From Podarcis filfolensis (Eukaryota): 64,000 nucleotides of DNA. The notes beneath the pieces are model-generated. The model did not search any database. It had not been told where the DNA came from and saw only the letters and a list, made by a program, of their open reading frames with translations. The stretch lies in NCBI GenBank assembly GCA_964270895.1, contig OZ185443.1, one strand, 5' to 3'. The first letter of the stretch is position 1. Each line of letters opens with the position of its first letter. A program made the position numbers and the translations under genes. Shown in pieces: positions 40,056-51,466 of this stretch.

Positions 40056-40807
40056 ACACTGAAACTTAAGAAACCGATTATTTTAGTAAATATCTCCATG
40101 TGTACCTTCTTGATATATGTTCTAGACAAAATATGAAATTATGTATGTTTACAAACTTTGAATGCAAGTCTGTAATTCAAGTAATGTGTTCTGACAATTT
40201 GGAAGCCACAAAAACTCAAGAGCAGAACTGGTGTGGTAGATGAATGGCATTAGACTCCACTTATCCAATTGCAGCTTTTTGTGTTCAGCGCCGTCATGTG
40301 AATAATGGGAAACAATGCTGTTTGTCACTTTTGAAAGGAAGTTATTGTGTCAGAGATGAAAGAGAAGATGAATTCTGCATATTTATTTAACAAATGTATA
40401 TTCCGCCCTTTCCCAAGCTTTGAAGTGGATTATAATGACATTCACTACAAAATACATACTTCCAAAGGGAGATAGAGAAAAATACTGCTTACCAATTTAA
40501 ACCTATTTACAATATGTAAAACACATGACATCCGTGAAGCGTTAATGCCAGCCCTGAGTCCTTCTCCTTTTGTTCTAGTTCCTGTTTAACCCTCTCTCAT
40601 TCTTGAACTGAATCCCTTCCTCACATGTTAAAAAGAAGCGTCATGTAAATGATAAAAATTAAAGTTTCAAGGTTTCTCCCCCACCCCACCCCATTTTCAG
40701 AAGGATAATTTTGGAAATAGTTTATCATTTTTGGTGTAACTTTTAATTAGATGTAAAGTCATGGTTTACAAATACGGAACATGTTTTTGACGCTCTCTTT
40801 TTAACAG

Positions 40808-40938
40808 GTTAGTTGTGCAAGCTGCTGACAGAGGAACTCCCAGGCTATCTGCTACAAGCACAATAGAGATACAAGTTGTGGATATCAATGACAATGCTCC
40901 AACTCTCCAGCCGTTTGGCATCGTTGAACTCCCTGAAA
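40808..40938 (+). CDS. DCHS2: DCHS2 internal exon (phase 2 to 1)
   Basis: taacag|G acceptor, GAAA|gtaaga donor; LVVQAADRGTPRLS...DINDNAP...ELPE. Confidence 0.9.
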
Positions 40939-42770
40939 GTAAGAATGGCAAACACCAAGCAAAGCGATTGTGCTGGTTTGGACCTAATCCTGCTAAACCA
41001 TAGTTTACTGCAGCTTTCCCCAACCCAGTGCCCTTCAGATGGTTGGACTACAGGCAGCTGGGATGGTCAGGAATAATTGGAGTCATACTCCAAAACATCT
41101 GTAGGGCACCTAGTTAGAAAATGCTAGCTCATGCTTACATGAATAAACCACAGGGAGCTTTGTGCTCACACGTTTTCCCCTCCCCTCCCTCTCATACAAG
41201 GACTTTCTCTTATGTTTTAAACTAACCACAGCATGTCACGTAGCTATGGTTTATTGAAAGTCAACTTCATGCCATAGTTTTAACAAACCATAGTTACAAT
41301 TAACCACATGGTAAGGCTCAGAAGTATCACAAGATGTGGTCAACCAAAATTAGAATCAGAATTTGAACTTGCGGCCATGCCATAGAATGAGACGGGAGGG
41401 AGGAGCATTTGATCCTGGGGTACACTGCAGTTTGTCATGTTAAGCCATGGTTTAGAGTTCTGTGCAAATGGGGCCACTGTCTTTTTATGCCTTTGTAATA
41501 AATAGGGGAAAATTTCTCAGATGGGATTTTTTTTTTTATGAGTAGTACATATTCTGCGGCATATTTCTGCTGGCTGGGAAGCTTATATTTGTGAGCAACT
41601 TAAAAACAGCATATAAAAGAATGCCGTCTGGTGCATTAAATCTCAAAACATTGGTAAAAGACCCTGCTGCGAGGTTCAGATGTCAAATTCCTAAGATTTA
41701 TTTTCAATTTCTATTTCCCTTTTGGAGAAAGAAACACAGTTCTTAAGCCAGAGTTCCCAACAGTTAACTTTTCAATTCTATTGTTATTGACTAAAGTAGC
41801 ACTTGTGTTATGAAAGTTAAGTAACTTCACAGTGAATCAACTGAAGTTGTTGGCTTGTGTTGGAATGTTCAGCAATTTTGTTCCAGTGCTTCGTCCTTCT
41901 TCTGATGTTACATTTTGTGGCACAGTAGCTATTCCAAGGGCCTCTTTTTCTATCACATGTTTGAGGTCACATGGAATGGCTCTTTCTTATGGCTCCCCAT
42001 GCCACCATCTCCACTTTGGGGAACTGAGAGAAGGACAGTTTCTATGTGACTTGGAACTGCTGCCATTAAAGAGCAGCACGAGAAGGAGTTATGACACATC
42101 AGCCATAAAAAATAAAGTCCATTTTGAGATTTCTTCCTATGTTTTGATTTTTCACTCACAGCGGTGATGCATGTCACTCCCAGAAGTGGAAAACATTTAT
42201 GCATTTGCCACCCACCAGCCAGACATGGGGTTGCCAATAATCCAGAAATAGCTTGGCTTATCCGTATCTGGTTTATGTAGCTATTCCTCCAGAATTATAG
42301 TTTCACTCAGGCAAATTGACCTTGAAGAACACACCTGGATGAAAATTGTCAATCGACTGGGAGATGAACTTTAGACCTTAAAATCTGCAATTTGCATGCC
42401 AGATATTCATTACTGTACTCAGGCGTCAAACAAGGACCAGTTTTGAAACATCTGGACAAAATTATATTCTTCCAAAATAACTCCTGACATAAGAAGAGAG
42501 TAGTTCCATCCAGTAAGCTATTAACTTCCTCTTCTTCTTCTTTTTGGCTTTTCATTCCTACTAGTTCCCTTTTCTTCCTTTTAATAGTGGTCTCATATGA
42601 ACACCAAACATACATGGGAGTATTTGTGTTGTCAGTATATTGTTAAAGGTCTGGCTTTTCATTTCCTGTGACCAAGATTGCAAAGGGAAGAGATGTGTGC
42701 CCTGCCCTGAAATAGCTTTGAGTAGTCTAAATACAAAAAGGCTGGGAAGAGCTAGCATGTATTATTATTA

Positions 42771-43584
42771 CAGTGGTGCCCCGCAAGACGAACGCCTCGC
42801 AAGACGAAAAACCCGCTAGACGAAAGGGTTTTCCGTTTTTCGATGTGCTTCGCAAGACGAATTTCCCTATGGGCTTCCTTCGCAAGATGAAAGCCCATAG
42901 GGAAATCTCCAGGACAGCGGGGAAGCGCAGTGCGTCTTCCCCACTGTCCTCGGACCTCCTCCGAAGGCTGGCGGTGGGGTGTAGAGACCTCCTCCCGCCG
43001 CCAGGCTACGGAAGGCTCCTCCGAAGGCTGGCGGTGGGGCGGAGAGACCTTCTCCCCGCGCCAGCCTTCGGATGGCTGTCCTGAAGACTTGCGGTGGGAG
43101 GAGGGTTTTCCTTCCCACCGCCAACATTCAGAATGCTGTTCTGAATGTTGGCGGTGGGGAGGAAAAACCCTCCTCCCACCGCAAGCCCCGGGAACAGAGG
43201 AGAAGCGCTGTGCGCCTTCCCCTCTGTTCCCGGACCTGTCCTGAAGGCTTGCGGTGGGAGGAGGGCTTTCCTCCCCACCGCCAACATTCAGAATGCTGTT
43301 CTGAATGTTGGCGGTGGGGAGGAAAAACCCTCCTCCCACCGCAAGCCCCGGGAACAGAGGAGAAGCGCTGCGCGCCTTCCCCTCTGTTCCCGGACCTGTC
43401 CTGAAGGCTTGCGGTAGGGAGAAAAGCCCTTCTCCGCACCGCCAGCCTGGCAAGCGGTCTCCATAGGAACGCATTAATTGATTTTCAATGCATTCCTATG
43501 GGAAACCGTGCTTCGCAAGACGAAAAACTCGCAAGAAGAGAAAACTTGCGGAACGAATTAATTTCGTCTTGCGAGGCACCACTG
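42771..43584. mobile_element. Tc1/mariner (pogo/Tigger-like) non-autonomous element, 814 bp, with internal hairpin tandem array
   Basis: TA|cagtggtgccccgcaagacgaa...ttcgtcttgcgaggcaccactg|TA, TIRs 21/22 identical; subterminal cgcaagacgaa repeats; internal 60-bp x2 and 160-bp x2 tandem units. Confidence 0.92.
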
Positions 43585-43971
43585 TATTTATTAAATTTGT
43601 ATATCACTGTATATCCATAGATGTCAGGGCAGTTCACAACCTAAACATTTAGATAATAAGCCACCTTTTAAACTGTTATTTTATGAAGTCAATGAAGATT
43701 ATGCCAATATTTTTCTTGAGCAAATCTGTTTTCTTATTTGCAGTGTGGGGATGGGATTCTTGCAAAACTTTTCTAGAGGATTTAACAGCATGTACACAGT
43801 TTAGTACTGTCATCCACATTATCTTTAACCTTACCCTTAAAATATTCCTAAGATTTCTGGCAACTATGGTTTTTTTGGGGGTATAAATATAGTTTGTTGA
43901 TGAAAATTTCTGGAGGGCTTCCAAGAACAACAGTGATAAATAAGTCTTACTCTTAAATATGATGGTTGTAG

Positions 43972-44258
43972 ATGCTCCACTTGGCTCCCTGGTGATGCAA
44001 GTATTGGCAGATGATGCGGACCTAGGACCATCCCTTCACTACAGTTTTGCTGAGAATGGAAATCCTGGAATGAAATTTGCAATTGACCAATGCCATGGAA
44101 CAATCACATTGGTGAAAGCATTAGATTTTGAAGAAATCACTCAGCTTGAACTGTTGGTCAGAGTTTCCGATTCTGTGCACGCAACTACAGAACAACTTCT
44201 GATATTTATATCTGATATTAATGACAACCCACCAGTATTTACTCAGGATGCATATCAG
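43972..44258 (+). CDS. DCHS2: DCHS2 internal exon (phase 1 to 0)
   Basis: ttgtag|AT acceptor (weak pyrimidine tract), TCAG|gtaaga donor; APLGSLVMQVLADDADLG...LDFE...DINDNPPVF. Confidence 0.88.
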
Positions 44259-44355
44259 GTAAGAAAAGAAACTTTAAGTAATTTAAAGCTTTTGTTGTGA
44301 AGACATCTCTTCATGTGACCTTGAGATGCTGTGGACTTTCCCCACCCCCTTTCAG

Positions 44356-44494
44356 GTGATGATACCCGAACGTAGGCCTGTAGCTACTGCTCTTTTGACT
44401 GTCTATGCCACAGACAGAGATTCAGAGTACAATGGAAAGCTAACCTACAGAATTCTTCCCCCCTCTGATGAATTTTCTGTTGATCCACAAAATG
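44356..44494 (+). CDS. DCHS2: DCHS2 internal exon (phase 0 to 1)
   Basis: tttcag|GTG acceptor after a 97-nt intron, AATG|gtgagt donor; VMIPERRP...ATDRDSEYNG...FSVDPQN. Confidence 0.9.
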
Positions 44495-44911
44495 GTGAGT
44501 TCGTTGTATGTTTAATAATTTGCAGTGTGGAACATACAATATGATGTGCTTTGTCTGGAATGCCTATTGAAGCTTCTTGTTATCCACACATCAAACACAG
44601 CCAAAATTGTCATCCATATCTGCAATACAATTGCATTGACAGCACTGAGAGAGCGGGTAATGGGAAGATTTAAGTGATGAACAGAGGGCATGTAATGAGC
44701 ATCTAGCAGTCTGTTTATTTACCTGTTTGTTGAACATGCCATGCTATTACTTACTTCAAGAGTTCAAACAAGAAAAACATTAAATTACAGCATACCTTTA
44801 GGCATTCAAGTAGAAACAGGATTTTCCAGAAATATAAAGAATAAAGAGATCTGCCACATTTAATAATTTTGCAAAAGAATTTACAGATATTTTTTGGGAA
44901 GCCCACTAGAG

Positions 44912-45268
44912 CAGGGTTTTCCAAACTCTGGTCCCTGGCACGTCTGTGGATTTGTAATTAAAGATGGCAGACAGCACATCCATCGTGTTAAATGTTCATA
45001 TTGATTTTGAAATCTAGTTTTATTGTTTCTCTTATTTTTTATATTGTATTTTATTGTATTACAACTTGAATTTCTATGAAATTAAAATTGTAATACAATA
45101 AAAAAGTATAAGAAATAAAAGAAACAATAAAAGTACAGTTCAGATTCATACAGTACTTAGCACAGTGGATTACAATTGCTACAGTGAGCAGGAAAAATAT
45201 TAAATGGCCTGCCAAGACCCTCAGTAATTTTGAAGAGATCCACGGGGAAGAAAGTTTGGGAACAACTA
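44912..45268. mobile_element. hAT (Charlie-like) non-autonomous element, 357 bp
   Basis: Imperfect TIR cagggttttccaaact / agtttgggaacaacta; 8-bp flanks cactagag and cgctatag match 6/8. Confidence 0.7.
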
Positions 45269-45516
45269 CGCTATAGCCTAGGTATGCTCCAACTGGAAAA
45301 GAAAATGTTCAGCCTTGCAGAATTAGGTGACATGTTGCTATTGTTTTAAACTCTTGTGGTTTACTCCCAGTTGGGTATAGGATTGTTGCCTTAAAATCAT
45401 TTCAAATGATGACTGTTTCTTTTAGGAAATGCTGGAGGGGGGATTTTAACTGAACCATTATGCTTCTATTACTGAAAGTTTGTTTTGAAATGTGTTTTTC
45501 TAAAACTTTATTTTAG

Positions 45517-48161
45517 GCTCACTATATCTGGTTAAGACAGTGACATACCAGGAAAAGAATCCAGTTATTCGACTCCATGTAGAAGCCAGTGACAGTGGGA
45601 ATCCTGCTTTGACTGCTGTTGCTTCAGTGCTCATACAGATCCAGGATGTGAATAATTACATCCCTCAATTTACTGTGCCATCGTATAATCTCAGTATCAG
45701 TGAAAATGTCTCTGTTGGAGAGATGCTGCTAACATTCTCAGCTATTGACAATGACAGGACACATGACAGCACCTATGTTGAATATGCCATTATTGGTGGT
45801 AATGGTGGTAATAAGTTCCAGGTGGAAAAATGCATCGTTGGGCCAGAATCTCCAAGTAAACTGACTGGAAATCTTGTGTTGAGGAGCATTCTAGATCGCG
45901 AGAGCAGTTCATCTTACCAGTTGTTAATTCTTGTATCTGACCGTGGGACTCCTCCTTTAAACGCCACAGCTACAGTGTCAATCACTGTTTTGGATATTAA
46001 TGATAACCCACCTATATTTACCAGTTTGGAGTATAAAGTTCATGTCAGGGAAAATTTCCCTGTAGGCAGTCATGTTACTGCTGTCTCAGCTAGTGATTGC
46101 GATGCTGGACCTAATGGAGACATCACGTACAGTATCACCTCTGGAAATGACAAGGGGCACTTCCGTTTAGATGGGAAAACCGGCTCCCTTGACCTTGTCA
46201 GAGCTTTGGATTATGAAGAAACAATGAATTTCAGTCTGACCATTCAAGCTTCTGATGGAGGAGTTGGCATAAAAAATGTGGCCTTCGCTGTAGTTTTTAT
46301 CAGCATCCTTGATGCTAACGATTACGTCCCAGTATTTGTATTTCCCACCCAGGACTGCAGAATCCATGAAAATCTGCCTGCTTTTTCTTTCGTCTGCAGA
46401 ATTTCTGCACTGGATTTTGATACCGGCCCCTATGGTCACCTTTCGTATTCCATCCAGTCATCATGTTTATCTGGTCATGGAACTCCTGGAGATCATGACA
46501 TGTTTTTCATAGATCCTCTGACAGGAGAGATCCGCACCAAGCAGGTGCTTGATTTTGAAGACCAGGACAAGTATTGCTTCATAGCTCAGGCCAAAGACAG
46601 AAGCGACTCAACAGCCACTATCACCGTTCAAGTGGAGGTCGAGGGGGCAGATGAATTTGACCCTGTCTTTAACCAAGACCAATATTTTTTTGATTTCCCT
46701 GAAAGGAATGAAGCAGGGCAGTTGATTGGCAAAGTCGCAGCATCAGATTATGATGGAGGATTGGATGGTGTTGTTCACTACACTTTGCTAAAACAGTCGC
46801 CCTTCTTTTCTGTGAACCACAGCAGTGGGGCCCTCTACTTGACCAGACCTTTCCACAGGAAGAGAATCGGCATGAAGAGAGCAGGCGATACTCTTGAACT
46901 GCTTGTAAAAGCTCATAGCCCAAAGCTGGACTCGAAGTCTAGCACGTGCACAATTCTGGTGAACGTCTCTAAAGCTCCAGAGACTTATTCCATGTTGCCG
47001 GTGGAAACAGTGTCCATTAGCATCGCCGCTTCTACTGTAGCATTCCTGTTTCTGGCCATCAGTCTTGCTGTGCTTATTGTTAGATTCAGGCGAAAAGACA
47101 CTGCAAACTCCAGCATGAAGAAAGAGATGCCATGTCCCTCATCTGCTGATTTGAAATTAGACCATGAGAATAGTGCTCCTAAAGACGTCCGGAAATCCCA
47201 AATCCATGCAACCGGTAACCTTCCAGTAGGCACCATAGCGGAGTGGCTAAGTTTGGTAGGCATCAGAGAGAGAAGGGACATGGGCAACCATTGTAGACAT
47301 TCAGACTCCAGCGGACATGGCTCTGCAGAAGGAGAAACTGCAGAAGATGAGGAAATAAAGAGGATCAATGAGCATCCCTGCAGGAAGGGTTCCGGATCAG
47401 CTTTAAGTGACCGAGGCTCACGTATACCCGACTCAGGAATTCCTAGAGACTCTGACCAGCTTTCGTGTCAGTCTGAGGAGACTGATGTCATGGCCATTTC
47501 TCAAAGCATAGAAGCTGCCCACCCTTTCCAAGATGGAAGTGGAGGAGAGGGAAGAGAATGTGATGCAAAGTATGCTTGCAATCAAATGCTGTCCAAAACA
47601 CTTCACAACCTGGGGATGAAGGAAAAAGACATCATGACAGACATCACAAGAGAATATATCTTCATACCTGATGATCAGAACTCCCATTATGGATCTCTTG
47701 CTACCCTAGTTGACTCTGATGAGGATCTCAGAGGCAGCTATAACTGGGATTACTTGCTTAATTGGGAACCCAGATTTAAGCCTCTCGCATCCGTGTTCAG
47801 TGATATTGCCGAACTGGAGGATGAAAGCTTAAAAATGCATAGCTTTCCTAAGGAGAAGAAATCTTTCATCTTTCCTCCTCCTCTAATTACTTCTGTAGCT
47901 CAGCCTGGTTTAAAGACAGTCCCCCCGCGAATTCCAAATCTGTTGCCTGGTCAGGCATTTAAGAAATACCCCCGCTCACCCCTCATCCATCACCTGAGGT
48001 ATCCTCCATCTGCTATGACTCCCAGTTTTTCACCTTCTCTGTCTCTGCTTACCACGCAGACCCCGACAGCATCTCCAGTGGCCTCCCATCCTAACCTGAA
48101 GGGGATATGCCCTGGTGGGGCAAAGTGTGAACTTTCAGCAGATGAAGAAGTTCAAGTATAG
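45517..48161 (+). CDS. DCHS2: DCHS2 terminal coding exon: last cadherin repeats, TM helix (about 47010-47081), cytoplasmic tail
   Basis: ttttag|GC acceptor in frame with ORF 45540-48161; TM VSISIAASTVAFLFLAISLAVLIV followed by RFRRK; Dachsous cytoplasmic motifs SSGHGSAEGETAEDEEI, GSYNWDYLLNWEPRFKPLASVF, FPPPLIT; C-terminus ELSADEEVQV* resembles DCHS2 (EVQI-type) rather than DCHS1 as I recall them. Confidence 0.93.
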
Positions 48162-50318
48162 ATTATTTATCATTGACTTAAAGTGTTACATGAACGTTTG
48201 GCTAAATGTTTTTGCCATATTCCTTAATGAGCATTGCATGTCATGTCTATATCTGTAAGAGGGAGAAAAAAATATTTTTTACAAGTTAAACATTTTACCT
48301 GCCTAATTAATTCACTGCAGGATGTACTCCAGATCGGTTAGGGACTTCCTTGATCATTCATTATGAACTTACCTATATTAGCTGTTTGTGTTCTGTATGT
48401 TCTAGACATCTAGGGGGAAATCACTGGTGGAACAGAAGTTTCACGCAATGCTTACTCTTAAACTCAGGTGAATAGTTGAGGATGTGTAGAACTTGCTGGA
48501 TGTCCATGCAGCATACAGAGTTGCTATTTTAGCTGGTCTAACATGTGCTCTGGTGCTGCTAGTAAGGCACAACAGGCATTGCCATTTTTGTCCCTTCCCC
48601 CAAACTACTCTTGATACCTGAGCCAAGCACACTTCAGCTGCAGTAAAGAAAAGAAAAAAGTTGGTGCTACGTAATATTCAGTGCATGTAGAAGTATATTT
48701 ACAGACACGCACACATTTCGGAGTGTGCATATTTGTTGTATCAAATCAGCATATAGTTACCAATATTTTTACAGCTTTCTTTTGCTTCAGTATATAAGTA
48801 AATGTTTTTGCACCTTCGTTTACATTACCTCAAATGAAACCAGGATAAGTTAGAATTGGCCTTTTGTGAATACGAAAAGGCCCTACAAAGGTTTGGTTCC
48901 CCGCCCCCAGTCTCATCTAGAACAAGCAATGGATAAAATGCTTGCTAGACTGACCCTCTGGGCTCACATTTAATGATTGCTTATTCTGAATGACTGTGCT
49001 CAAGGTTCAAAATATCTTGATCCTCTTTACTTCTGTGTAGAAGTGACACCACTAAAAGCTGGAGGAATAAAAAAGCGGAATTAACATTGTTTCCAGATAA
49101 CACTGGAAGTAAATGGTAGAATCACAGAGATTCGGAATGGCAAGACAAATCAAAGATACATTCCTAGTGGATGTAGAATGACTACTGCATCTGGTATTTT
49201 TGCCTTTGATTTCAGTGAATCTCCAATGCAGTTTACACTGAGATTGTCTGAAAGAAGTATTCGGTGTCGCTGGAGTGCCTTCTTTCAGGCCCCTGACCTG
49301 TGCAATTCTACATTCCCTTGGACCTCTTTGAAAAGTGACAGAGTGACATTTATCTGATATCTGAGTGCAGCCAGGATTTTCTGGCTTTTAGGGATACACT
49401 GGCTTGTACTCATGGTTCTTTGCTTTCCATACCCACAGTGGGATCCATCTACTTGTGTGGTTTATTGGATTATAGCCAGGACCTTTTGCTCTAACTTCTG
49501 ACTTGCTATAGGAAGCCTGAAAACTTATCAAGATCTGCCACACTAGTTCCCTCACATAGCAGAGTTGTTTTCCCATGATATGAAAGCATACCAAACAAAA
49601 GAAAGGAAATGGGCAATGTTAATTTATGAATTCTGTGTTTGCAAAATACATACATGTATATAACAAAGTATAACCAAAAATGTAAAGTCATGGCAGTGAC
49701 TTGTATAATTGCATAACTAAATAATGTAACAGTATTTTAAATATAATTTTTATATTTTTTCTACTGTGAAAACTTAGTTTTTATTTTTCTTGGTTTTAAT
49801 GTACAAAAGATACTAAACCGTAAGGATGTCCAGGGCTTTGGATTTCTGGGCATTTCCTGACCCAGCCCTACTAAAGGAAGCAGTTGAGGAAGAGAGGTAA
49901 GAGAGGAAGATGGTCCTGAATTCTCCTGATTGGAAACTGATTTTAGAGAATTGACACATTTTGCATTTCTAAGCAAGGCCTGGTTCCAGTCACAGCTTAT
50001 CCCCAGACCTACTCTTTTAAATACACATATATATGTAGTTTAGGTCACCTAGTAGCTACCATTGGAAGATCTCTGCACAGCTGGAATGTGCCATACTGAA
50101 ATAATCACCCTCTGTAGATTATTTAGCAATTTGATTTCTAGAGACATGTTCTAACCACCACCACCACCCCAAAAAAAGAGAAGGGGGAGGAAACCTAGGT
50201 GCTTGGACATGGATTTATTTATTTTTAAAAATGCAACCATTTTATAGATGCCTGATGCATTTTGATCATTTCTTCTAGACCTCATTACTTCTAAGGCTTG
50301 CTGAAGACCTTTTCATTT

Positions 50319-51466
50319 CATTTTTTATTTTTTAATATTTTTTATTAATTTTTCATTAATAACAATCCAATCCACATTAATACCATACCAAATCATAATA
50401 CAAACAAAAGAGCCAATTAATCAGTTCCGAATTCAACATTTTTTTATGACTTCTCATGTTCCGGCTATCAGGAGTTGATGTTATTCCTTGGTCCTGCACC
50501 ATTTCTCTTAATTAGTCCAAATACAACAATTCCGCTCTTGATCCTTTATTTTAACAGCCGCTGGTGTGATGACTTTCGTTCGTATTTAGCAAATCCATAT
50601 CCATTAACTTGCAAAGGGAATTTATTTTTTGTAGTTTTCTGTGTGAAATATTTGTTTACATTCTTCTTTTCCTCCATGTTGTAATCAATCAATCCTCTTC
50701 AACATCGCCCCTCCCTCGAGGACTTAATTCTCATTACACCACAGCTTCCATTTTGCCTTTCCAAAACCAAAAGTTTTCCAGCATCTGGCCGTGACTCCTG
50801 GCTTACTTCCAGCATTTATCTCCTTTAGTCCTTTCCAATCTATTAACAAGCTGGTGTCTCGCCAAAATCGTAAATAAATCAGAGCCCTCTTTAGTAGGCA
50901 ATGTCACAAATCATCACAGTATTTCACACAGTCTATTCTTTCCAGTACTCCGTAAAGAAAATTATAGTTCTTGTTGAATACCTCTTGCATTCTATATATA
51001 GTTGTAATTCATTAGTAATTTTATTCCATTAGTAATTAATTAATTCTTCAGTGAAGGCTTGCCAAATCATAGCAAAGCAAATACAATGTAAAAAGAGAAC
51101 AAAAGCTTCCCCTTCACTTACATAGCAATCCAATTACAACAAGAGTCCGCTCCAGATCAAAACCTTGGCACTCAGTTGATTCATTTAGCAGGTTATCTTT
51201 CTCCTTTAGAGCATGTCTGTTTTTTAAGTCCAAATTCAGATCCATCTTAAAAGAAAGAAAAGTACCTCCGCTCATGGTGACCGCGTTGGGGGGTTTCCAA
51301 TATATGCAGTGCTGTGCCCTCTGCGTCCCTGCCCCCACATTCCATCGGACGATTTGCTAGTGAAAGCTCCCCGACCCGGGGAGGGGGCCTTGCAAGGATA
51401 ATTACTCCCAGATTATCCTTAATTAACTGCACGGCTGGCATCCGCTATCATGGGATCTGCAGTCCT
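50319..51466 (-). mobile_element. ORF-less retroposon with L1-type insertion signature, 1148 bp
   Basis: Perfect 15-bp TSD aagaccttttcattt at 50304-50318 and 51467-51481; A-rich tail on the minus strand at the left end; GC/CpG-richer 5' part about 51270-51466; no ORF over 74 aa. Confidence 0.75.

Noticed and set aside
43076-43415. Repeat array superficially like CRISPR
   Set aside because: The units are near-identical tandem copies with no unique spacers, inside a eukaryotic transposon, with no cas genes.
42752-43474. Stack of overlapping ORFs up to 240 aa on both strands
   Set aside because: They lie inside the GC-rich palindromic tandem array of a TIR element; the repeated peptides mirror the 160-bp unit and include no transposase motifs.
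46167-47687. Minus-strand ORFs of 84-127 aa (also 21307-21659)
   Set aside because: Antisense shadows of DCHS2 coding exons, with no independent support.
45517-48161. Assignment as DCHS1, FAT or a clustered protocadherin
   Set aside because: No EGF or laminin-G domains before the TM (excludes FAT); the multi-exon ectodomain excludes clustered Pcdh; the tail motifs are Dachsous-type and the C-terminus fits DCHS2 better than DCHS1.
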